Assembly: GCA_964619725.1 (NCBI GenBank)
Contig: CAZUFC010000067.1
Location: 1-45,580 of the forward strand
Reading direction: 5' to 3'
DNA: 45,580 nucleotides
DNA from: an uncultured bacterium
Lineage (GTDB): Bacteria > CSSED10-310 > CAZUFC01
The position numbers were made by a program, and so were the translations under genes. Below are positions 1 to 9,660 of the stretch, one piece after another. The notes under the pieces are model-generated. The model did not search any database. It saw only the letters and a program-made list of their open reading frames with translations, and had not been told where the DNA came from. Within the stretch, counting starts at the first letter, position 1; every line of letters starts with the position of its first letter.

Positions 1-144
1 GGTTTTTGATCCATAAACGGGCGAATTTTTCTTAAGACAAGGAAGGCAAGGATTTACGAGGTAGGGGTATTTATTATACGTTGATTGAATAAATCCGCAG
101 CCTGACGCAGTACTGGGGGAAATTCGCCGTTTATGGACAAAAAC
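1..144 (+). mobile_element. MITE family A, partial copy (cut by window edge)
   Basis: Near-identical to 651-794; ends GTTTATGGACAAAAAC followed by GAGTTA. Confidence 0.8.
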
Positions 145-390
145 GAGTTAATAAATGCCGCAACCTGGATGAATCGAGAAGCTTTGAAAACCTGATAGAG
201 AACCAACATAGTTTCTCGTAAGTAGTTATTCCGACCCCCGATCCCCGATACCGACCCCGAGACAAACGGTCCTTGATGAAAAAACAGCGGTGAGGTCGTC
301 CCACCGATAGTTTTGGATCAGATGCAGTTTCTAATGGGGATTTCAATCAATAACATATTTTATGAAAGCGTAATCTTGGTTTGATCAGTC
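1..390. mobile_element. Family B composite element, partial (tandem duplicate of 564-1084)
   Basis: Colinear with ~651-1084 (MITE-A, hexamer block, shared tail); ends TTTGATCAGTC. Confidence 0.7.
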
Positions 391-438
391 AAGTAAAGGT
401 AATATTATCCTCAGCCGAAAATAAAAAAAGATTATTGA

Positions 439-510
439 ACCATGAAGACCATGAAGAGCTTGAAGAAGACGCATAAAATCATTCTTCATGAGCTTCATGC
501 TCTTCATGGT
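439..510. repeat. Inverted repeat built from 9-bp units
   Basis: ACCATGAAGACCATGAAGAGCTTGAAGAA ... TTCTTCATGAGCTTCATGCTCTTCATGGT; can fold into a long hairpin. Confidence 0.75.
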
Positions 511-563
511 GAATAAAAATCCTTATTCTGGCGAGAGTTAAATATTTACGGCGGAAGAAATCA

Positions 564-1084
564 GGCATTGATCAAATATCCGCTTTTCGAGTTAGTGTCT
601 GTCCACAAACTCAAATCTCGATTCAAAATTTAATGCTGGACAGCCACTTGGGTTTTTGATCCATAAACGGGCGAATTTTTCTTAAGACAAGGAAGGCAAG
701 GATTTGCGAAGGAGGCGCATTTATTATACGTTGACTGAGCAAATCCCCAGTCTGACGCAGCATTGGGGGAAATTCGCCGTTTATGGACAAAAACGAGTTA
801 ACAAATTCCGCAACCTGGATGAATCGAGAAGCTTTGAAAACCTGATAGAGAACCAACATATTTCCTCGTAATTAGTTATTCCGACCCCGACCCCGATCCC
901 TACCCCGATCCCTACCCCGATACCGACCCCGATACCGATTCCGATTTCGAGACAAACGGTCCTTGATGAAAAAACAGCGGTGAGGTCCTCACACCGATAG
1001 TTTTGGATCAGATTCAGTTTCTAATGGGGATTTCAATCAATAACATATTTTATGAAAAACTGTAATCCCGGTTTGATCAATCCC
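564..1084. mobile_element. Family B non-autonomous element carrying a MITE-A insertion and a CCGATM/CCGACC hexamer block
   Basis: Termini GGCATTGATCAAA ... TTTGATCAATCCC; interior duplicated at 1-390. Confidence 0.7.
595..794 (+). mobile_element. MITE family A, complete 200 bp
   Basis: Imperfect 16-bp TIR GTGTCTGTCCACAAAC / GTTTATGGACAAAAAC; perfect flanking direct repeat GAGTTA (589-594, 795-800). Confidence 0.85.
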
Positions 1085-1153
1085 CGGCCGACGACCAGCA
1101 GTCGTTAACCGGCCGCTGATGAACGTAATCAAACCGCATGCCGCCGCATCCCA

Positions 1154-1675
1154 TCAATTCCTTACGACAAACGTAAAGGAGACGTCTATCGTATAAATCT
1201 TGTCATCGTCATCCCGCGATAAACAACGAAAGACCGCACGCAATTCATACTCGCCGTCTGCCAGAGGAACCCACTCCTGAGCAGCATAATTCCACTCCGC
1301 CTGACGCCAGGATTCATGAAAAACCAGCATCCCACCCGGACGAACCGTCTCCTCCCTCATATCAATACAATCTGCCTCAGGCGATATCCATATCGAGGCA
1401 TTATGACGCAACACCTGAAATAACGCAGGAGTGCAATGATCATACTCCAGCGATATCTTATCCTCAGAACCGTTGACGACCTCCAGCGTCAGCTCCAGCT
1501 CATCCATCCCCGACACCGTGTTCACGTAAGCCCCCGATGAATCAGTCATGTATACCCGGCCGAACAACTCCGTAATGTCCCCCCATTCCTCCGGTTCCGT
1601 TCCGCAACCGCATATATGCAATAACTGCATTGCTGAGAATACGGATAATATTAACAATACAGGCAATTTGCGCAT
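1154..1675 (-). CDS. Putative lipoprotein with a BsuPI-like (Ig-like beta-sandwich) domain
   Basis: ATG at 1675 preceded by GGAGGA; N-terminus MRKLPVLLIL...ICGC is lipobox-like; LELTLEVVN...ETVRPGGMLVFHESW...GEYELRAVF resembles BsuPI-type domains. Confidence 0.65.
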   Translation of the reverse strand: MRKLPVLLILSVFSAMQLLHICGCGTEPEEWGDITELFGRVYMTDSSGAYVNTVSGMDELELTLEVVNGSEDKISLEYDHCTPALFQVLRHNASIWISPEADCIDMREETVRPGGMLVFHESWRQAEWNYAAQEWVPLADGEYELRAVFRCLSRDDDDKIYTIDVSFTFVVRN

Positions 1676-1876
1676 GTGAGTCCTCCCGGCAAAATTATCG
1701 CTGCCTGCAAATCTCTTTCTCATCCCAAGAACCTCCCGCTCTATTGAAAATTTCCGGAGAAAGAAAAGCCGCTGTTTCAGAATCGATTGTTTCTCCAGTA
1801 TTTAATTGTATTAAAAAGAATCATAAAAAGCAAAAATGATGACGGAACAAAGAGGCTTACAATTTTCGTAAATCTC

Positions 1877-2036
1877 GGGACTGATAAGACCGAGGTTGCA
1901 CTTCTTTCAAAACTCTTTACGGCTTGTTTCAGTAATCTGGGTCGGGGTCGGTATCGCAATCGGGATCGAAATCGAAACGAAATGATGAAATATTCTGTCG
2001 AATTGTAACCTCAAAAACGCTTTTTTGACCAATGCC
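1877..2036 (+). mobile_element. Family B element (short form)
   Basis: GGGACTGATAAGACC ... AATTGTAACCTCAAAA ... TTTTGACCAATGCC; homologous to 19718-19877 (inverted) and 18819-19001. Confidence 0.7.
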
Positions 2037-2391
2037 GAAAAAGTTTTCAATAGTACGTCCGCGTTTGAATGAGTACAAATCTTACTATGGCTTCAGAACC
2101 TCAAATCTATAAAACGATTGACTTATTTTTTCTGTAATGATAAAAATGTGAGTGTTGAATCGTTGAACGCGTTTTTCTTTGAATTTTTCAATTTTATCGA
2201 GCTCAAGGACTTTTAAATCTATTAATATTGCTTAATGGAATTAAAACGATGATTAAAAAAGATGATTTTTTAATTGGAGCTGCAAGGAGTTTTAAATGCA
2301 GAAATTTTCAAAGTTTTCACCCTGGCGGAAAGGATAACTTTCTTCGAATTTACATTTAAAAATCCGTGACACTTTTGAGGAAAATTACATA

Positions 2392-4080
2392 ATGAAAAAG
2401 GATAATACATCGGCTTGGGACCCTTTACCAGAACTAATACCAGTAAGAATGCTCAACGCATATACATTCTGTCCGAGATTGGCTTATCTGGAGTGGGTTC
2501 AGGGCGAATTTGCCCCAAGCGCATTTACATTGGACGGCAAATATCAGCATAGAAACGTGGATTCCCCGACAAAGGCTGATGTCCCTGATGCGATTGATGA
2601 AAAACGGGAAATCCGTTCCGTTTACATGTCGGCGAACCAGGCCGGTTTAACGGGAATTATGGATTTAGTCGAATTCAAGGGCAAAAAAGCTGTCCCGGTA
2701 GACTACAAGCGGGGCAAAAGAGCTCCCGTAAAGGATGGACTTTACGATCCCGAAAAGATTCAACTCTGCGCTCACAGCATCATCCTCCAGGAAAACGGTT
2801 ATGAAGTTGATCACGGCGTCGCCTATTTTGCCGGTGAAAAAAGACGCGTAACGCTGAAAATAGATGAAAAACTGAAAAAGAAAACGTTGAAGCTTCTCGA
2901 TGAACTGAGAAAAACAGCAGCGTCTGGAATTATTCCTCAACCCCTGGACGACGACAGGCGCTGTCCGGGGTGTTCACTCGTCGGTATATGTCTGCCGGAT
3001 GAAGTGGATTTCCTGCATCATGATGAGGGAGAAGCTGAAGAGACCAAACCGAGAATGATACTGCCCTCCGCTGACGAATCGCTGCCGGTTTATGTGCAGG
3101 ACCAGGGAGTATACATCGGCAAAAGTTACGGAAATCTGCTGATCAAACAGAAGCGTCAATGCCTTAAACGTATCCCCATGCATGAAATAAGTCACCTGGC
3201 GCTTTTCGGAAATGTTCAGATATCAACCCAGGCCATGCAATCGCTTTGTTACAGAAATATCCCCGTATGCTTCTTTTCCATGGGAGGTTGGTTCTACGGC
3301 ATTCTGAAAGGCCTCGGACATAAAAATATAGAACTGAGAAACGCTCAACACCGGTGCGCACAAGATGAAAAAAAAGTATTGGATGTCTCACGAAGAATAG
3401 TTGCAGATAAAATAAAAAATTGCCGGACACTCCTGAGAAGAAATTCGAATAAATCTTCAAAAATACCTCTAAGGAGTCTTTCCACTTTGGCCGAGAAGGC
3501 GCAAAAAACTGAATCTCTGTCTTCATTGCTTGGAATTGAAGGAAGCGCAGCTTCTGTTTATTTCCAGAATTTTAATGATATGCTGAAAATAAAAGAAGAG
3601 GAGAAAAAGAAATTCAATATGCAGTCCAGAAACAGACGTCCGCCGAGAGACCCCATAAACGCCTTGTTGTCGTTTGCATACGCTCTTCTCGTCAAAACAT
3701 GGATCGTGACAGTTCAGACCGTTGGACTGGACCCCTACCTGGGATTCTACCACCAGATCAAATATGGAAAACCGGCGCTCGCTCTCGATATGATGGAACC
3801 TTTCAGACCTCTTATAGCCGATTCTGCAGTCATACTGGCGTTGAACAACAATGTCATTACTTCAGAAGACTTCACCGTTCGAATAAGCGCTGCTTCAATG
3901 AAACCCAACGCCAGGAAAAAATTCATTACGGTATTCGAAAAACGCCTCTCGCAGAATATCACTCATCCGATTTTCGGGTACAAAATTTCCTATAGACAGG
4001 TCTTCGAAGTTCAGGCGCGTCTTCTCGGAAGATATCTCACGAATGAAATAGACGAACCGCCGGCTTTTACCACTCATTAA
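2392..4080 (+). CDS. cas4-cas1: CRISPR-associated Cas4-Cas1 fusion (type I-G)
   Basis: N-terminal Cas4 (FCPR, D...VDYKRG, CPGCSLVGIC Fe-S cysteines) fused to Cas1 (GIEG, NRRPPRDPINALLSFAY, GFYH, LALDMMEPFRP). Confidence 0.96.
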   Translation: MKKDNTSAWDPLPELIPVRMLNAYTFCPRLAYLEWVQGEFAPSAFTLDGKYQHRNVDSPTKADVPDAIDEKREIRSVYMSANQAGLTGIMDLVEFKGKKAVPVDYKRGKRAPVKDGLYDPEKIQLCAHSIILQENGYEVDHGVAYFAGEKRRVTLKIDEKLKKKTLKLLDELRKTAASGIIPQPLDDDRRCPGCSLVGICLPDEVDFLHHDEGEAEETKPRMILPSADESLPVYVQDQGVYIGKSYGNLLIKQKRQCLKRIPMHEISHLALFGNVQISTQAMQSLCYRNIPVCFFSMGGWFYGILKGLGHKNIELRNAQHRCAQDEKKVLDVSRRIVADKIKNCRTLLRRNSNKSSKIPLRSLSTLAEKAQKTESLSSLLGIEGSAASVYFQNFNDMLKIKEEEKKKFNMQSRNRRPPRDPINALLSFAYALLVKTWIVTVQTVGLDPYLGFYHQIKYGKPALALDMMEPFRPLIADSAVILALNNNVITSEDFTVRISAASMKPNARKKFITVFEKRLSQNITHPIFGYKISYRQVFEVQARLLGRYLTNEIDEPPAFTTH

Positions 4081-4091
4081 GGGTAAGACGA

Positions 4092-4382
4092 ATGAGGCGA
4101 TGCTATATTGTCAGTTACGACATTTCGGATGATAAAAGATTAAGACGCGTCGCCAAGGTTATGGAAGAATACGGAGAAAGAATTCAATATTCTGTGTTTC
4201 GATGCGAACTGACCAAAATGAAAAAAATAACCCTGGAATCCAATCTCGCCTGCGAAATGAATCTGAAAGAAGATCAGGTCCTGTTCATCGATCTGGGACT
4301 CGTTCCCGGACACGGTGAAAATTGCATTTCTTCCCTCGGAAGAGCCTATATTAAACCTGACAGAGATTCGCTGGTTTTCTGA
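4092..4382 (+). CDS. cas2: CRISPR-associated Cas2
   Basis: YIVSYDISDDKRLRRVAK...GERIQYSVF; 96 aa directly after cas1. Confidence 0.97.
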   Translation: MRRCYIVSYDISDDKRLRRVAKVMEEYGERIQYSVFRCELTKMKKITLESNLACEMNLKEDQVLFIDLGLVPGHGENCISSLGRAYIKPDRDSLVF

Positions 4383-4636
4383 TCACGCTCTTTGACAACT
4401 GAATAATAATGTGTTAGCTTAGAAGTTGCTTTGAAATGATCGAAGCGAGAGGTAATATGCTGAAGAAATCCCCGGAGGCGCTCGCAATGGTTCGTAAATG
4501 TCTACTAATAAAAAGTTTCAATAATGTGTTAGGATCAAAAAATCAACCAAACGACGCTCCCGCCACAGATGAAAAGAGATGCCTCTCGAAATCGGCCTTT
4601 TATCTGCTTGATTCTAAGGAGGAAAATTAACCAACG
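4383..4636 (+). promoter_or_regulatory. CRISPR leader
   Basis: Non-coding segment between cas2 and the first perfect repeat; contains an inverted motif GCGAG...CTCGC (~4445-4485); the degenerate repeat lies at the opposite end of the array. Confidence 0.8.
4387..4398 (+). promoter_or_regulatory. boxA-like Nus antitermination site
   Basis: GCTCTTTGACAA, one mismatch to the canonical GCTCTTTAACAA, 4 nt after the cas2 stop. Confidence 0.7.
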
Positions 4637-7600
4637 ATTTCCATGCTGTCACAGGCATGGCCCCATTGAAGCAAGACGGCGGCGAAGGTCGGTGCGGGAC
4701 TGTTCGCGATTTCCATGCTGTCACAGGCATGGCCCCATTGAAGCAATAAAATGGGCGCAGATGTCGGACGAAAGCCGACAGGATTTCCATGCTGTCACAG
4801 GCATGGCCCCATTGAAGCTAAAGATAGCCGGCGACAAGCCGGTCATCAGGGCGATATTTCCATGCTGTCACAGGCATGGCCCCATTGAAGCTTCCCCATT
4901 TTCCATGTTCTCGATAAGGGTCTTGTAATTTCCATGCTGTCACAGGCATGGCCCCATTGAAGCAGTGAAATTGGTCTCGCTGAGCGTAGAATTTGAAACA
5001 TATTTCCATGCTGTCACAGGCATGGCCCCATTGAAGCATTTCGCGGACAAGGTTATGGAAAGTTTTCTGGAAGAGATTTCCATGCTGTCACAGGCATGGC
5101 CCCATTGAAGCCTGGCTTTGGCGCTGCTTGATTTTTTTTACGCCGGCATTTCCATGCTGTCACAGGCATGGCCCCATTGAAGCTCCAGTTGTCGCTTCTT
5201 TCCGATACGGCGGTGTTAGATTTCCATGCTGTCACAGGCATGGCCCCATTGAAGCTATTTGTACGAATATGGCTTTGGCGATAATACAGGAAATTTCCAT
5301 GCTGTCACAGGCATGGCCCCATTGAAGCTTCCTCATCTGCTGTAAAGGCATCTTCTTCTTTTCCGAATTTCCATGCTGTCACAGGCATGGCCCCATTGAA
5401 GCTTCTAAATCCGTGCCTGCCAGACTCACAGCTCCACCTATTTCCATGCTGTCACAGGCATGGCCCCATTGAAGCGACGGATGTTATTGTCATTATTTTA
5501 CTCCCGGCGCCGATATTTCCATGCTGTCACAGGCATGGCCCCATTGAAGCAACCGAAGTTATCACCATTATCTTTCCCTTGGCGCCGGATTTCCATGCTG
5601 TCACAGGCATGGCCCCATTGAAGCCTTCAATTGCGAAATATTTTACGCTTTTTTGCTCATTTTATTTCCATGCTGTCACAGGCATGGCCCCATTGAAGCC
5701 TATAGCCTTGATTCTTGGAAGATTTTCTTTATTCAGATTTCCATGCTGTCACAGGCATGGCCCCATTGAAGCGGTTTCCATTCCTTCGCCGGTTATGTCG
5801 CTGGATATAATTTCCATGCTGTCACAGGCATGGCCCCATTGAAGCCCTTTTGCGTAGCCGTTCCTTTGTAAACCCGATATATTTCCATGCTGTCACAGGC
5901 ATGGCCCCATTGAAGCCCGGATTCGCCCTTAATTCCTTGCTTCCCTTCGGTCGTATTTCCATGCTGTCACAGGCATGGCCCCATTGAAGCACGGCATCGT
6001 GAAGAATACGTTATATAAAATAACGGGAATTTCCATGCTGTCACAGGCATGGCCCCATTGAAGCATCATCCTCAGCCGACCCGACGTCCGCATTCTGAAA
6101 ATATTTCCATGCTGTCACAGGCATGGCCCCATTGAAGCCGGTTTGCCCGTCTCCAGCTGTTTTTCCTATTTTTCATTTCCATGCTGTCACAGGCATGGCC
6201 CCATTGAAGCCTCCTGATGGTATATCGCAATATCGACTGGACAGAATTTCCATGCTGTCACAGGCATGGCCCCATTGAAGCAAAAATTATTTTATAAAAT
6301 CTAGCCCAATGTCTGAATTTCCATGCTGTCACAGGCATGGCCCCATTGAAGCGGATGAGACGGCGGAAATATTTCCGTAAAATCCGTCTATTTCCATGCT
6401 GTCACAGGCATGGCCCCATTGAAGCTTTATGGAAAAATGTCGGAGAAAAGCGGAAAAAGAATATTTCCATGCTGTCACAGGCATGGCCCCATTGAAGCAA
6501 TGGCCCTTTCTAATTTTTTCATCTTGTTCATCCTTATTTCCATGCTGTCACAGGCATGGCCCCATTGAAGCCATCTGACGTCATGCGGGCGGTAATGAAA
6601 TCCGCATCATTTCCATGCTGTCACAGGCATGGCCCCATTGAAGCCTTTACGTCCTTTTCCTCATCTTCTTTCCCGCCGTCATTTCCATGCTGTCACAGGC
6701 ATGGCCCCATTGAAGCCAGGGGGGGCGGCGTTCGCAGAGGAGTATTGCGATCACGATTTCCATGCTGTCACAGGCATGGCCCCATTGAAGCGGTTCCCGT
6801 CCGCAGATTCCTCACGTGGATTGAAAATATTTCCATGCTGTCACAGGCATGGCCCCATTGAAGCTGTTCGATTGAGCGGGGATTGTCCGATGGTCTTCGC
6901 TGATTTCCATGCTGTCACAGGCATGGCCCCATTGAAGCCCGGCGTATGACGAAGAACCTCTTCATCAAACCAGGTATTTCCATGCTGTCACAGGCATGGC
7001 CCCATTGAAGCCGATTAAACCCCCTGCCGTCCTTTCTGAACGCTCCGTCATTTCCATGCTGTCACAGGCATGGCCCCATTGAAGCATCCGAAAGCCAGAC
7101 TCGCCGGAAAGAATTACCGCCATTTCCATGCTGTCACAGGCATGGCCCCATTGAAGCGCAATCGGCGACGATACGCTTCCAATGATCGACGTAATTTCCA
7201 TGCTGTCACAGGCATGGCCCCATTGAAGCTTCTTTCCTGTCGACCTTCTCCGTCCGACTGGTAACAATTTCCATGCTGTCACAGGCATGGCCCCATTGAA
7301 GCCTATAAATTCAATGGGAGCGGATCTTAACTCCCTTATTTCCATGCTGTCACAGGCATGGCCCCATTGAAGCGACTCGTCCGACCGGCGCTTCAAACGT
7401 ACGGGTCATTATTTCCATGCTGTCACAGGCATGGCCCCATTGAAGCTCTTTGTTTTCGACCACGTATAGAGCGCGGTCGAGCATTTCCATGCTGTCACAG
7501 GCATGGCCCCATTGAAGCACGAAACAGCAAAGCAACTGAGAAAAAAAAAGGACGAAATTTCCATGCTGTCACAGGCATGGCCCCATTGAAGCGGCGATGC

Positions 7601-9270
7601 CGGATCGGTCGCTCTTGGTACGAGATTGAATTTCCATGCTGTCACAGGCATGGCCCCATTGAAGCCGATTGTATTCGCTGATTCGAGTCGCCACCTGCGA
7701 GCGCATTTCCATGCTGTCACAGGCATGGCCCCATTGAAGCGTTCAAAGCGAAAGCGACTGGCACGAGGAATCCCGATTTCCATGCTGTCACAGGCATGGC
7801 CCCATTGAAGCGGATTGATCCGCGCCTCTTCCTGCTCGATCCAGTCTTATTTCCATGCTGTCACAGGCATGGCCCCATTGAAGCCATTTGATGCTCCTTG
7901 GCTGGCGGATTTCTTTAATGATTTCCATGCTGTCACAGGCATGGCCCCATTGAAGCTAACCGTCGTCCATTCGCCGCTTGATCCGGTAATTGGAATTTCC
8001 ATGCTGTCACAGGCATGGCCCCATTGAAGCCAATTTCTGCTGGATGAAATCGCCGGTTCGTTCTCCGATTTCCATGCTGTCACAGGCATGGCCCCATTGA
8101 AGCAGCATTGCGGGTTCTTCGCCTGCGGCAATGGCGAGTATTTCCATGCTGTCACAGGCATGGCCCCATTGAAGCCAGCGGAAACGGCGGCGCTTAAAAC
8201 GCAGATCGAGATTTCCATGCTGTCACAGGCATGGCCCCATTGAAGCACCGTTGCGCCGCATTGGATCTCGACACCATCGTCGATTTCCATGCTGTCACAG
8301 GCATGGCCCCATTGAAGCTGATGTCGGGCAGTCCGGCGGATTTCCACAAATCATATTTCCATGCTGTCACAGGCATGGCCCCATTGAAGCCCTTGACCAT
8401 GGCAATCATATTTTTTACGGTGGTCAACTGATTTCCATGCTGTCACAGGCATGGCCCCATTGAAGCGTTTTATCCGGTTTGTCGCGGGCAAGCACATCCG
8501 CCAGATTTCCATGCTGTCACAGGCATGGCCCCATTGAAGCTCCGGGTATCCGTCTTTGACATGGCACGGCACGAAATTTATTTCCATGCTGTCACAGGCA
8601 TGGCCCCATTGAAGCCGGCAGCTGCACCGTCAAGAAAAATGATCGTTACTGCTATTTCCATGCTGTCACAGGCATGGCCCCATTGAAGCTCACGCTCGCC
8701 GAGGTGGTCAGCGAGCTTTCTGATTTATTTCCATGCTGTCACAGGCATGGCCCCATTGAAGCCAACAGTCCATTGGTTTTGTCTGGTTTGTCTCTGGCAA
8801 ATTTCCATGCTGTCACAGGCATGGCCCCATTGAAGCTTCGGTAAACATATCAAATACGCCCTGAAGATATCATTTCCATGCTGTCACAGGCATGGCCCCA
8901 TTGAAGCCATTGTAATGTTCGCAAACTATTGCCCGGCAATGATTTAATTTCCATGCTGTCACAGGCATGGCCCCATTGAAGCAGGAAAAACAATCGTTAT
9001 AGCGGAAATATGTCGCTGGGCATTTCCATGCTGTCACAGGCATGGCCCCATTGAAGCCGCTTTGTAACTTTGCAATGTCTTGTTGGCCCCTTATTTCCAT
9101 GCTGTCACAGGCATGGCCCCATTGAAGCCAAATATACTATAATATCAACCCTGTCGGTCATGCATTTCCATGCTGTCACAGGCATGGCCCCATTGAAGCC
9201 CAACAATACGGCGGTGTAATAATGAACTTGACGCAATTTCCATGCTGTCACAGGCATGGCCCCATTGAAC
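4637..9270 (+). CRISPR. CRISPR array: 64 repeats (36 bp ATTTCCATGCTGTCACAGGCATGGCCCCATTGAAGC) and 63 spacers of ~35-40 bp
   Basis: Manual count; repeat hairpin CCATGC...GCATGG; 3' ATTGAAGC end typical of I-G; terminal repeat at 9236 degenerate (...ATTGAAC). Confidence 0.99.
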
Positions 9271-9540
9271 TTTTTTAAGGGTGATTCTTGAGTATACTTT
9301 TTCTGCGATAATTATAAACACCTGGACGGTTGCATAAAAAGAGAGCAGCAAAGATTATAACCGCCGTTTGCTTAGCCCAGAAAAACCACACACCGATCCG
9401 CAATGCTGAAAATTAGCCTTTGTCTTACACAGGCGTTATATTATCCGTCTCCTTTCACTTAGCTACGCCATCTCGCAATAGACTACGGCGTGACAGGTAA
9501 GTAAGAAATTACCCTTTTTGATCAGCCCAAAATTTTTTTA

Positions 9541-9568
9541 TTGACTAAAAAATTTTTTCTGTTAAAGT
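9541..9568 (+). promoter_or_regulatory. Putative sigma70 promoter of the csb1-csb2-cas3-cas8g operon
   Basis: TTGACT-16 bp-(TGt)TAAAGT about 90 bp upstream of csb1; -35 flanked by two A-run/T-run palindromes. Confidence 0.45.
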
Positions 9569-9660
9569 GCCCTATTGTGTATTACTTCTGACGGATTTGA
9601 AGAAGCTGAAAGTTGAATTCTGGTAGTATTTTTTCACTGAAATATTGAAAGGAGCTTAAT

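Noticed and set aside
131..859. Short ORFs 131-346 and 623-859 (also 1787-2008, 19454-19657, 19747-20034, 44882-45112)
   Set aside because: They lie within MITE/B elements with no protein-family signal and no transposase motifs.
5700..5736. Spacer 15 reverse complement shares GAAAATCTTCCAAG with cas3 (~14562-14575): possible self-targeting
   Set aside because: Only 14 bp match and the flanks disagree; compatible with chance.
5329..6680. Spacers 10 and 28 share TTCCTCATCT
   Set aside because: Short low-complexity match (antisense of acidic codons), no extended alignment.
4436..9351. Numerous ORFs over the leader and array (FPCCHRHGPIEA, FHAVTGMAPLK, LQWGHACDSME repeats)
   Set aside because: Translations of the CRISPR repeat, not genes.
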